This document shows, piece after piece, positions 18,021 to 26,890 of a stretch of DNA of 64,000 bases. The stretch spans positions 64,679 through 128,678 of the forward strand of contig MFEQ01000004.1 of NCBI GenBank assembly GCA_001777665.1, in the 5' to 3' direction. Every line of letters starts with the position of its first letter. Within the stretch, counting starts at the first letter, position 1. A program made the position numbers and the translations under genes. Origin of the DNA: Candidatus Doudnabacteria bacterium RIFCSPHIGHO2_02_FULL_42_25. Lineage in GTDB: Bacteria > Patescibacteriota > Doudnabacteria > UBA920 > O2-02-FULL-48-8. Below the pieces are notes generated by a model. The model had not been told where the DNA came from. It saw nothing but the letters and a program-made list of their open reading frames with translations, and made no database searches.

Positions 18021-19280
18021 TTAAGCCCATTTTTCGCCTTGTCTTACCAATAATTCAGGGGCATGTTCTGGATCAGCCATGATTTCTTTGACGATCTTTT
18101 CCATGCGGGCTGACTGTGACCCTTTGACTAAAATAGTATCCCCTTCGATCAATGCATTTTGGATCGGCAGCCTCGCCATATCAGAATTTTCAAACATAAT
18201 TATTTTCCCTCCAAAGGATTTTTTCTTAAGCTCATTCGCAGTTAATTTAGTTTTCGGACCAACCAAAAAAACTAGATTAACTCCGGCTTCCACAATTTTC
18301 CCAGCAATTTCTCGGTGTCCCCAATCACTTTTAACTCCAAGTTCAGCCATATCTCCGATAGCTGCTAACTTCCGACCGATCGCAATGTTATTTAGGACAT
18401 CTAATGCTGCCTTTACCGAATCCGGTGCGGCATTATAGGTATCGTCAATAATTTTCGTATGCTTGATTCCATCCAATAAACGCAGTCGCCCTGGAGCTGA
18501 CTGATAGTTTTTTAGGGCTTCTGAAATTTGGACCATATTCATGTCCAGTTGTGAACCAACCCCGACTGCGGCCACTGCTGCATAAATCGCTGGCTTACCT
18601 AGGGCGTTTGGCAAAAAAAACGGAACGACATTGCCTTTATAGTGAACTTTAAAATTAGCGCCAATTGATCCTTCGGAGTTGATAATATGAAAATCAGATA
18701 TTAAAAGACTGGCTTGATAATCAAATCCGTAGCCAAGTATTTTTGCATTCGTTACTGATTTGGCTTCGAGTATTTTGGGATTATCAAAGTTAAGGACAGC
18801 CACCGATTCTTGGGTTAGTTTTTTGATCAAACTTAATTTCTCTTTGGCCAAAGATTCCGGATGGGCAAAAAATTCTAAATGTGAAATGCCGATATCAGTC
18901 AGCACCGCAACATCAATTTTGCCGAGTAACCTGACGAGATACGAAATGTCGCCTGGTCTGTCTGTTCCCAATTCCAAAACTAAAACTTTTGGATAATCAT
19001 TAGCAATTAATTTAAAAATTGCTTTAATAAAAATTATGGCCCACAAAACTATATTTCTACCACCGGTCTGTTCTCCGATAATCGTTAGTGGCACCCCGAT
19101 CTCATTGTTGTAATTATCAAAACTCGCCCTAGTCGAATACTTGGATCCCAGGACCGTGGCAATCGCCTCTTTGGTTGAGGTTTTTCCCACGCTACCCGTA
19201 ATAGCAACAACCCTTGGCTGATACCTAGCCAGGGTTAATTTCGCTAACGCTCTTAGAATAGTTTTTAGTGTATTACTCAT
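18021..19280 (-). CDS. murF: UDP-N-acetylmuramoyl-tripeptide--D-alanyl-D-alanine ligase
   Basis: Mur ligase P-loop VAITGSVGKTSTKE, dcw-cluster position. Confidence 0.85.
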   Translation of the reverse strand: MSNTLKTILRALAKLTLARYQPRVVAITGSVGKTSTKEAIATVLGSKYSTRASFDNYNNEIGVPLTIIGEQTGGRNIVLWAIIFIKAIFKLIANDYPKVLVLELGTDRPGDISYLVRLLGKIDVAVLTDIGISHLEFFAHPESLAKEKLSLIKKLTQESVAVLNFDNPKILEAKSVTNAKILGYGFDYQASLLISDFHIINSEGSIGANFKVHYKGNVVPFFLPNALGKPAIYAAVAAVGVGSQLDMNMVQISEALKNYQSAPGRLRLLDGIKHTKIIDDTYNAAPDSVKAALDVLNNIAIGRKLAAIGDMAELGVKSDWGHREIAGKIVEAGVNLVFLVGPKTKLTANELKKKSFGGKIIMFENSDMARLPIQNALIEGDTILVKGSQSARMEKIVKEIMADPEHAPELLVRQGEKWA

Positions 19281-21019
19281 TGTCTTGAGGGAGGGATCTG
19301 CATGTAGTTTAGGATAAAGCCGGCTATTTCACCAAACGCCGGGGCCGCAGTCGATTCAGCAAATTTCACACTGGTTGGATTATCTATACGGACTAGCATT
19401 AGGAACCGAGGGTCATCCACAGGACCAAATCCGATAAAAGATCCAATATTCGTGTTCGGATCATAGCCTGAACGATCTTTATAAGCAACCTGGGCTGTCC
19501 CTGTTTTCCCAGCAATATAATATCCAGACACCGCGGCTTTTTTGCCATGGCCACTCTCTACCACTTCGACCATCATGCCTGCGACCTGGACTGCGGTTTG
19601 GGTATCCAGGATCTGCTCTTCTGTGTCTGGCCTTGGTTCATCAATACTGCCGTCAGAATGCACTATTTTTCGCACAACGTACGGAGTCATCATTTTGCCA
19701 CCATTGGCGATGGCTGTAAATGCTTGGATCAATTGAATCGGAGTGACTGTAATCCCTTGACCATAAGACGCGGTGGCAAAGAAAATATCTCCTTTGCGCT
19801 TAAGATTGTCGAGATTTCCTTCAACTTGGCCGGATAAACCCAAATCAACTGATTTACCAAACCCAAACCTCTCCACATACTTTTTAAATTTGTCATTGCC
19901 AATTTGCTGTTGGGCGTACACCGCTCCGGTGTTTAACGATTCGGTCAAAACTTCAATCATATTTTGTTCACCACGAGGAGTTGGGTCAGAATTTTTAATT
20001 AACTTATCATCGATCTGTAATTCCCCTGCATCGACATATGTAGTTTGGGGTGTAACTTTTTTCTCATTGATCGCCGCAGCCATAGTAATTGGTTTAAATA
20101 TTGACCCTGGTTCATAGTCTCCGGAGAGCACCCGATTGTTGAACACTGACTGGTCCACGACCTTCCCGTAGTTGTTTAAATCAAAACCGGGTTCCGAAGC
20201 CATGGCTAATATCGCTCCAGTTTTGGGTTCCACTATCACAATCGATCCTGATGGCGCATCGTGTTCGGCTAAAGTTTTTTTAAGCACCTCTTCGGCTTTG
20301 AACTGAATAGTCCGATCTATGGTCAGATAGATATCATCGCCATCGACAGCAGGCACAAAGCTTCTGGAAGCCGTCGTAATCCACCGACCAGAAGGATCAG
20401 TGTCAGCGTCCAAAATACCAATACTTCCAGCTAACTCTTTTTGATATTTACCTTCTACCCCGTATTGTCCAACCCTGATGTCATCTTTGAAACCTAAAAA
20501 TCCGATAACCTGGCTGGCCAAATCTTTTTCTGGATAAAATCGGACATCTTCGGCCTGCAAATAAATACCTGGAAGATCCATAGCTTTCAGGGTTTTAGAA
20601 ACTTCATCATCCACCTGTTTTTTTATGATGGAAAAATTTCCACTGCCTGCCACTTTGTTTGCAACTTCAGTCAGATCCATCTCCAAGAGCTTGGCCAGCT
20701 TCGCTGCGGTATTCGGTTTATCTGTAACTTCTTTCGGCACGGCAAAAACCATATTTTTCGCAACATTCGTCGCCACTAAAACAGGAACACCATTATTGAT
20801 CGGACTAAAATATATTTCCCCGCGATTCGCATTGATTGCTTGCTGAATCCCATGCTGATTCTCAGCTAGCGCTTTGAAGTAATCCCCTCTCAGAATTTGT
20901 AAATTAAACACCCTAAAAATAATCAAGGCTACAAATAAAGTGATAAAGAGCAACAACAAAAAAATTCTTATAGTGTAAGAATTTTTGTTCGGCTTAGGAT
21001 AAGAGGTTATTGTGTTCAT
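19277..21019 (-). CDS. ftsI: penicillin-binding protein 2/3 transpeptidase
   Basis: N-terminal TM, SXXK (GSIFKP), SYGQG region, KTGTA motifs. Confidence 0.85.
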   Translation of the reverse strand: MNTITSYPKPNKNSYTIRIFLLLLFITLFVALIIFRVFNLQILRGDYFKALAENQHGIQQAINANRGEIYFSPINNGVPVLVATNVAKNMVFAVPKEVTDKPNTAAKLAKLLEMDLTEVANKVAGSGNFSIIKKQVDDEVSKTLKAMDLPGIYLQAEDVRFYPEKDLASQVIGFLGFKDDIRVGQYGVEGKYQKELAGSIGILDADTDPSGRWITTASRSFVPAVDGDDIYLTIDRTIQFKAEEVLKKTLAEHDAPSGSIVIVEPKTGAILAMASEPGFDLNNYGKVVDQSVFNNRVLSGDYEPGSIFKPITMAAAINEKKVTPQTTYVDAGELQIDDKLIKNSDPTPRGEQNMIEVLTESLNTGAVYAQQQIGNDKFKKYVERFGFGKSVDLGLSGQVEGNLDNLKRKGDIFFATASYGQGITVTPIQLIQAFTAIANGGKMMTPYVVRKIVHSDGSIDEPRPDTEEQILDTQTAVQVAGMMVEVVESGHGKKAAVSGYYIAGKTGTAQVAYKDRSGYDPNTNIGSFIGFGPVDDPRFLMLVRIDNPTSVKFAESTAAPAFGEIAGFILNYMQIPPSRQ

Positions 21020-21217
21020 CCCGTTAGAGACAGGGTCCGTTAGAAATCTTTATAACGGAGTTCTTGATTAAATTAATTATTATTCTATTAACAATCACTT
21101 GATAGGTCTTCTTAATTTCTAACGGACCCGTAAAATCACTAGTTCATCCAGTATATAATCTTTTATGTTCTAACTTAGTAATATAAACGCAAGATGTTTA
21201 GTTGTCTCTAACGGGAT
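21020..21217. other. structured intergenic element with nested inverted repeats (CCGTTAGAGACA / GGGTCCGTTAGAAAT)
   Basis: 12-mer 21020-21031 is the reverse complement of 21203-21214; 15-mer 21033-21047 is the reverse complement of 21113-21127. Confidence 0.5.
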
Positions 21218-21550
21218 TCATTTCAAAGCCACGTCTGAATCCTTAAGATAAGTGACATTACTTGCCGGAACAAAATTCAGGAGCTGCGCATCAGATTTGA
21301 TGCGATTGATAGATTGTAAATCGGAAACTTGTAATTGCAAGGCTTTTTGCTCTTTTTGTAAGTTGGTCAATTGTTGGTCCAATTTCCGGATCTCATAACC
21401 TTTAGTGCTCAACGCATTCACACTGTACAAATATACGAAACCGATTAAAAAAATAGCCGCGATAGTACTCAAATTTAAAATATAGGTCGAAACAAAAGAT
21501 CTAGATTTCTTTTTGCTAAAAACCGGAATCGCTAACGATAAATCACGCAT
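21218..21550 (-). CDS. ftsL: cell division protein FtsL-like
   Basis: Small bitopic protein with coiled-coil between rsmH and ftsI. Confidence 0.6.
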   Translation of the reverse strand: MRDLSLAIPVFSKKKSRSFVSTYILNLSTIAAIFLIGFVYLYSVNALSTKGYEIRKLDQQLTNLQKEQKALQLQVSDLQSINRIKSDAQLLNFVPASNVTYLKDSDVALK

Positions 21551-21575
21551 TTTTGCCGCCTGCCTTTTTCTTTTT

Positions 21576-21610
21576 ATCCAGCACCACTTTTTTCTAAAGT
21601 GGTGCTGGAT
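21576..21610. repeat. hairpin ATCCAGCACCACTTT / AAAGTGGTGCTGGAT between rsmH and ftsL
   Basis: Perfect 15-bp stem; related copy pair at 54357-54456. Confidence 0.7.
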
Positions 21611-22543
21611 TTAATTTTTTTCTAAAGCTCTTAATTTAGCTGGCTTACTTCTAGGATTCGCTTCAGTTTCCAAATCTGTCGCTTTGATTACTTTTCGAGT
21701 GAGAATTCTTACTGTCGAAGTTTTACCACAGACACAGGTCGGAAATTCAACAGGACAGATACAATCCTTGGCTTCGGAAACGAAGAATTCTTTAACAATT
21801 CGATCTTCAAGAGAATGGAAGGAAATAATTACCAGTCGTCCGCGTGGGGCTAGCGCTGACACCATCTTCGGTAAAGCAGATTTTAAATTCTCTAACTCAC
21901 GATTGACCTCGATCCGTATTGCCTGAAAAACTCGTCGGATATTATCATTGGCTTTAAATCGGATGGATGATGGGACGGCACTTTTGATAATTTCAACTAG
22001 CTGACTGGTGGTGGTAATTCTTTTTTCTTTACGCGCTGCTACTATTGCTGCGGCGATTCTGCCATTCAATCGTTCTTCGCCATAATTTTCAATTATATCT
22101 TCCAAATCTTTTGGCGAATATTGATTGACTACTGATTCCGCACTCGCCGTCTGCGACCGATCATAGCGCATATCCAGTGGTCCATCAGTGGCAAATGAAA
22201 AACCGCGTGACGAGTCTTCTAACTGTAGAGACGAAAAACCCAGATCCAGAAGAATACCGTCAACTTGATCCCAGCCCACTTGCTGTAAGATTTGATCAAT
22301 GTTTGCATAATTTCCCGAAACCAATTTGGTTTTTTGGCTCAACCCTCCTGCCGTAAGCTCTGCTTCGAGTTTACGTAAGGAGGCTTGATCCAAATCAATC
22401 CCCAATACTTCATTGGATTTGTTCCGAGAAAGAATTGCGCGCAGATGTCCGCCGCCGCCGACAGTGCCATCAACGAACTTCCCACCCTTATCCGCATTCA
22501 AATATTCTAATGTTTCATTTAAAAGAACTGGTATGTGCGCCAT
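21611..22543 (-). CDS. rsmH: 16S rRNA (cytosine1402-N4)-methyltransferase
   Basis: MAHIPVLLNETLEYL...DGTVGGGGH signature. Confidence 0.9.
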   Translation of the reverse strand: MAHIPVLLNETLEYLNADKGGKFVDGTVGGGGHLRAILSRNKSNEVLGIDLDQASLRKLEAELTAGGLSQKTKLVSGNYANIDQILQQVGWDQVDGILLDLGFSSLQLEDSSRGFSFATDGPLDMRYDRSQTASAESVVNQYSPKDLEDIIENYGEERLNGRIAAAIVAARKEKRITTTSQLVEIIKSAVPSSIRFKANDNIRRVFQAIRIEVNRELENLKSALPKMVSALAPRGRLVIISFHSLEDRIVKEFFVSEAKDCICPVEFPTCVCGKTSTVRILTRKVIKATDLETEANPRSKPAKLRALEKN

Positions 22544-22975
22544 TTAGACCCCAAGTTCTCCGAGTGCTTCTGCGATACTGGTACTTTCACTTTCAGTGGT
22601 TTTCTTGTATGCTTCCCAGGTTTGTGAATCCCAAATTTCAATTCGGTTATATAAACCTGCGACCACAACTTTTTTTCCGAGACTGGCAAACTTTCTCAAA
22701 TATTCTGGGATCATCATTCGTCCTTGCTTGTCTAATTCGGCATCATAAGCCCCGGCCAACATCAATCTGGCAAAAGCTCTGGAATTGGCTTTCGAAAGCG
22801 GTAAAGCTGCCAACTTCGTGGCAATTGCTTCCCATTCGCTTTTCGTGTAAAGGAACAAACTTCGATCTAGTCCCCTCGTTACTACGGCAGCTGCGGAAAG
22901 CTTGGATCGGAATTTAGCCGGAACCGCGATTCTTCCCTTCGCATCCATACTGATTGTATACTCGCCTATAAACAT
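22544..22975 (-). CDS. mraZ: transcriptional regulator MraZ
   Basis: Duplicated SpoVT/AbrB-like MraZ domains, MFIGEYTISMDAKGRIAVPAKFR. Confidence 0.85.
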   Translation of the reverse strand: MFIGEYTISMDAKGRIAVPAKFRSKLSAAAVVTRGLDRSLFLYTKSEWEAIATKLAALPLSKANSRAFARLMLAGAYDAELDKQGRMMIPEYLRKFASLGKKVVVAGLYNRIEIWDSQTWEAYKKTTESESTSIAEALGELGV

Positions 22976-22995
22976 TCTTGTGATCGCGAGTTTCC

Positions 22996-23070
22996 TACGA
23001 AATACGAATTGGTACGAAACTACGAACTGGGCTTAATTCTTTCGTATTTTCGTAGATTTTCGTAGTTCGG
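22996..23070. promoter_or_regulatory. TACGAA/TTCGTA iteron palindrome (copy 1) in mraZ 5' region
   Basis: 4 direct TACGAA repeats then 3-4 inverted TTCGTA repeats; same architecture at 31445-31524, 35119-35190, 61170-61264, 63134-63245. Confidence 0.7.
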
Positions 23071-23104
23071 AGAGAAAACTCCATTAATAGCTACAGGAAC
23101 CGAG

Positions 23105-23253
23105 TTTTCCACATTTCCCCACTTTTATCCACAATTCACCACTTACAAGTTAGTATAACCCACCCTAAACCACCCGTCAAAGCGGTTAAACATAACAAAA
23201 ATAGGCTTAAATAAGCCTATGAAGTTTCACGTTTCCACACAAAGTTTTCCACT
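23105..23253. promoter_or_regulatory. cluster of DnaA-box-like 9-mers (TTTTCCACA, TTATCCACA, GTTTCCACA, TTTTCCACT)
   Basis: One perfect TTATCCACA at 23125-23133 plus three one-mismatch boxes, all in one orientation. Confidence 0.4.
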
Positions 23254-23259
23254 AAAAAA

Positions 23260-23285
23260 CTGCCCCAAATAGTGGGCAGTTTATT
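23260..23285. terminator. bidirectional terminator hairpin CTGCCCC-AAATAGT-GGGCAG
   Basis: Stem-loop with A-run upstream and T-run downstream. Confidence 0.55.
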
Positions 23286-23574
23286 ATGCTAAGCAGCAGC
23301 TTCGTCTTTTTCTTCAGCCATATCTCCGCCTTCTGTTGGCATAGCTGGTGTTGCTGGTGTTGTGGCTTCATCATCCATGAACATGTGTTTGTAAGCTTTC
23401 TGTCCTTAGGACCATTAATAGCAGAAACATTATAACGTATTGCTGATACCTGGTCAACCCCTTAATGGCTCGGTATTATTTTGCAAAATTACCGGCCATA
23501 AAATTCTGCTGAATTTTTGGCCTACGCGCTCGGATCGTCATCCTGCGCGAGTTAATTTTACAAAAAATACCTCG

Positions 23575-23811
23575 CTAACCTCTTGATAAGAGGAATTTGA
23601 TAATACCGGAGACACTTTCCCAGACATTTTTTAAAATCGGTATCGAGGCTGGTAAAAGCACAACCAGGAGGATTAGATAAATAAATTCTCTCTTAATAAC
23701 CTTAAATACTCCGATCACGATCAGCACCGCCAGCGCTATCGAAACTATGCCGTGAAGGTTGGAAGGAAAATAACTAAGAAATTGGTTGTAGATTGAATAG
23801 ATTTGATCCAT
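23575..23811 (-). CDS. small membrane protein, unknown
   Basis: 78 aa, two TM helices. Confidence 0.4.
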   Translation of the reverse strand: MDQIYSIYNQFLSYFPSNLHGIVSIALAVLIVIGVFKVIKREFIYLILLVVLLPASIPILKNVWESVSGIIKFLLSRG

Positions 23812-24477
23812 TTATTTATAAATTAGCCTGGCTAATGGTTTACGTTGTTTGGTTTTATCTATCACTATTAGCGGATTGTTCTCGAGAATGTTTTTCACAA
23901 ACCGATCATTCAAAATCTTTCGGTATTCAAACTCTTGAATCGAAAAAATAGTGTAACTAATTTCTTGCTCGGCAAACTTCTCAGCGAGAGTGATAAAAGT
24001 ATTCAATCGTTTCGTCCCGATTTTACCGACAATCAAAATATCGGTTTCCAGTCTCGGCTTACCGACAAAGACTCCGGTTAAGGCAATCAGCTTCGCGCTT
24101 GTCAGTTTCGATGCAGCTTTGGCTAGATTGTCAGTCGGGATCTGTCTGACCTTTCGCAGCAGCGTGACTAATTCCGGATAGAGAGTAAAATGCTTGTTCA
24201 TCTGGTAGTATCGAACTTTATTTTTTGCAGTCATGTTTATGAACTCAATTTTATCAAGTTCACGGAGAGTCTGCTTTAGAATTTTAGAAGGAGCATTTGA
24301 ATTGACCCGAAGTTCGGTAAATGAAAAACTTCGCACCGGGTGTGCCAGAAATAAATTAATGACGTTGGTTTTGAGCCTGGATGATAATAGTTGGCTTAAC
24401 ATGAACCAAATATAGCATAAAATGATTATATTTGCTATACTAAACAACGTTATGGCCCGACTAGAAACACAAATCAA
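23812..24477 (-). CDS. hypothetical protein (possible winged-helix N-terminus)
   Basis: About 200 aa, no motif recognised. Confidence 0.35.
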   Translation of the reverse strand: MICVSSRAITLFSIANIIILCYIWFMLSQLLSSRLKTNVINLFLAHPVRSFSFTELRVNSNAPSKILKQTLRELDKIEFINMTAKNKVRYYQMNKHFTLYPELVTLLRKVRQIPTDNLAKAASKLTSAKLIALTGVFVGKPRLETDILIVGKIGTKRLNTFITLAEKFAEQEISYTIFSIQEFEYRKILNDRFVKNILENNPLIVIDKTKQRKPLARLIYK

Positions 24478-26347
24478 TCAAATTTATCTGATCAACCCCG
24501 AGTCGAAAAAGAACTCGTTAGTCCTCTACGAAGAACAACTTAATAATTCTCTACAGCTCTTTATCGTCGCTGAACTCTGGAACATGACACGCAAAACAGA
24601 GAGCAATGATTTAAAAAAAATCCTGGAAATTATTCTTGGTTCGTTTAAAGAAAACAAAAAGTTACCGGCAGAAACTTTATTCGAAACTTCACTCTCGCAA
24701 ATCAATCAGAATTTAGCCGACCTCGCTCACGAAGGGCGTAAATCTTGGGTCGGCAAATTTTCGTGTGTGATTTGCGCTCATGGCGGCGACAATAACATCT
24801 ATCTGGCCAACAACGGCCAAACCGCGGCGTGGTTAAAACGAAAATCGGAAATGATGGAGATCTTACCCGCAGAAAAGCGTGGAACTCACCCACTCAAAAC
24901 TTTCGTGAATTTTACACAGGGCAAACTCACTGACAAAGATAGTTTAATCCTGACCACTTCCAATATTTTCAATTACATTTCGTTTGGACTGTTTACAAAA
25001 ATCTTAGATCAAAAACCTTTAGACGAAGCCGGTCAGGAAATCACAAAAATTTTACAGGATGCCAAAGCTCCTGACATGGCTTTTTGCAGCTTTATGCTGC
25101 ACTTTGCAAAAGCTATGGAGATCTCACCGCTCTCTACGCCTGCGAAAGATATCTATGCCCCTCTGCCTGAAAACGAGGTAATAGAGGATAAAAAACCTAA
25201 ATTTAAATTAAAACTACCAGCTTTTTCTCTTCCGACTTTTTCTATTCGAAAACCAAATTTTGAATGGTTGCAAAAAATTAAAGGTTTTGGATATTTTAAA
25301 AACTTAAGTAAACCTGGAAAGTTTTTTGTTATTTGCTTCGGAATTTTTTTATTGCTGTTTTTGATTAACCTCAGCATCTACGCCAGTAAAATCCAAGACA
25401 AAAAAACCCAAGTCCAAATCACTCAACTTGTTGAAAAAATTAATCAGGATGTTTCCGCAGCTCAATCCGCTTTGATCTATAAAGATGAAAACCAAGCCAT
25501 CACTTATCTCAATCAAGCGATTGAGGATTACAACCAACTCCTGGCTTTAGATCCAATCAAAGCTCAAGAATTAGATCCAAAAATCGAGCAAGTCAAAACC
25601 GTCATCAATAAAATTAACATCATTGAGAACCCGACAGTTTTTTTGGATTTGAAACACAGTCCTCTCTTTATGTCCAAAACGCCGATTGGATTTTTGTTTG
25701 GCAATCAGGATTCCAATTCGCTTTCACGCTTTGATGAGACCCTTACTGACTATTTTCTCCTCAACAGTCTGACTGATCCGATTACTGCTATTGATCACAC
25801 TCAAACCACGGGCGTGATTGTTTTGGCTGGAAGTAAAATTTATCGGATAGATCCGATTCTCAAACAATTTGAACCAATTGTCAGTGTGGAAAATGGCGAT
25901 CTCACTACGATGCTGGTCGGGAACAGTGCTATCTACACCCTGGACAAAGCCAACGACCAGCTACTAAAAATTCTTTATACCAAGAGCTATCGCAAACAAA
26001 TCAGTGTCTCGGGTAACGTCCGCGATGCCCGCGATTTCGGGATTGATAAAGACATATATATTCTCTATGCAGATAAAATTACTAAATACGTTTCAGGTCA
26101 GCTTCAAGCTTTCCCACTTCCAAACATGTCCGATCCTCTAACTAACGGTGATAAAATTCAAGTGGCATCTAGTCTTTATATTTTGGAAGCAAATAAAAAA
26201 CGCGTACTAATTTTAAACAAGAATGGGACTTTAATAAATCAAATCTATTTCCCAACGACAAATGCGCCCACTGATTTCTATGTCGACGAAGCCTCGAGAA
26301 GTCTCTACCTCCTTGATGGAAATAAACTTTTCAAAGTGACAATCTAG
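24422..26347 (+). CDS. large membrane protein: cytoplasmic PP2C-like region, one TM, extracytoplasmic beta-rich domain
   Basis: 641 aa; LANNGQTAAWL resembles the PP2C VANVGDSRA motif (tentative); TM near residue 300. Confidence 0.4.
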   Translation: MIIFAILNNVMARLETQINQIYLINPESKKNSLVLYEEQLNNSLQLFIVAELWNMTRKTESNDLKKILEIILGSFKENKKLPAETLFETSLSQINQNLADLAHEGRKSWVGKFSCVICAHGGDNNIYLANNGQTAAWLKRKSEMMEILPAEKRGTHPLKTFVNFTQGKLTDKDSLILTTSNIFNYISFGLFTKILDQKPLDEAGQEITKILQDAKAPDMAFCSFMLHFAKAMEISPLSTPAKDIYAPLPENEVIEDKKPKFKLKLPAFSLPTFSIRKPNFEWLQKIKGFGYFKNLSKPGKFFVICFGIFLLLFLINLSIYASKIQDKKTQVQITQLVEKINQDVSAAQSALIYKDENQAITYLNQAIEDYNQLLALDPIKAQELDPKIEQVKTVINKINIIENPTVFLDLKHSPLFMSKTPIGFLFGNQDSNSLSRFDETLTDYFLLNSLTDPITAIDHTQTTGVIVLAGSKIYRIDPILKQFEPIVSVENGDLTTMLVGNSAIYTLDKANDQLLKILYTKSYRKQISVSGNVRDARDFGIDKDIYILYADKITKYVSGQLQAFPLPNMSDPLTNGDKIQVASSLYILEANKKRVLILNKNGTLINQIYFPTTNAPTDFYVDEASRSLYLLDGNKLFKVTI

Positions 26348-26421
26348 CAGTTACTCTCAAGCACAGAAATGTAGCGTGCCCATTTATGGGCTCGAGCTGA
26401 TAAATCAGCGCGCTACAAAAT

Positions 26422-26484
26422 CTACCCCGCCTAACCTCCAGCCCCCGGCGGCCGATGAGGGATGGAACATCTGTTCCAGGGGAG
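26422..26484. repeat. family-1-type end (CTACCCCGCCTAACCTCC...GGGGAGG) with expanded loop
   Basis: Shares CTACCCC(A/G)CCTAACCTCC with 34212-34229. Confidence 0.5.
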
Positions 26485-26553
26485 GAATTTTATAACCCAA
26501 ATAAAAAAGGCGGGTCCGGTGCAGAACCTGCCTGAAGCAAACCACAACGGCTA

Positions 26554-26835
26554 TTACGCCGTTTTTAGTTCAGGGTAAGCCCGAAGTCGGTCGCAGAGAG
26601 CCTGGAACTTATCCCGATCTACCGGAAGTTCCGGGTTCGGAGTGCCAACCGGCTCAACGTCGTTAACGACCCGACGGTACCAGGACAGGAAATCTCGAAT
26701 GATTGAGGTTTCCTTTGTATGACGGCTTGCGACGGGATAGGCCGTCATAAGCGCTTCACGGAGCGCGTAGCAATGCTTCAATGTCGGCTCCTCGATGTTG
26801 ACGACAAGCATTTCCTGCAATTCCTGTATGCTCAC
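26554..26835 (-). CDS. hypothetical small protein in a GC-rich island
   Basis: GTG start with GGGAGGAGGA SD; GC-rich; no family. Confidence 0.4.
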   Translation of the reverse strand: MSIQELQEMLVVNIEEPTLKHCYALREALMTAYPVASRHTKETSIIRDFLSWYRRVVNDVEPVGTPNPELPVDRDKFQALCDRLRAYPELKTA

Positions 26836-26890
26836 GAAAATCCTCCTCCCAGAGACGAGTTATTTTAACCTTTTATTAAAAACTGATCAA

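Noticed and set aside
23095-23290. Calling the DnaA-box cluster the chromosomal origin
   Set aside because: No dnaA or dnaN nearby and no visible switch in gene-strand bias. It is kept only as a lower-confidence regulatory finding.
23293-23388. 31-aa acidic peptide ORF (MFMDDEATTPATPAMPTEGGDMAEEKDEAAA) on the minus strand
   Set aside because: No convincing RBS. It looks like a C-terminal tail fragment, so a gene remnant or chance ORF; not annotated.
26380-26550. GC-rich untranslated stretch considered as a structured RNA gene (SRP/6S/RNase P-like)
   Set aside because: I could not match it to the conserved cores of RNase P, SRP or tmRNA. It contains a family-1-type hairpin end, so it is better explained as repeat plus terminator.
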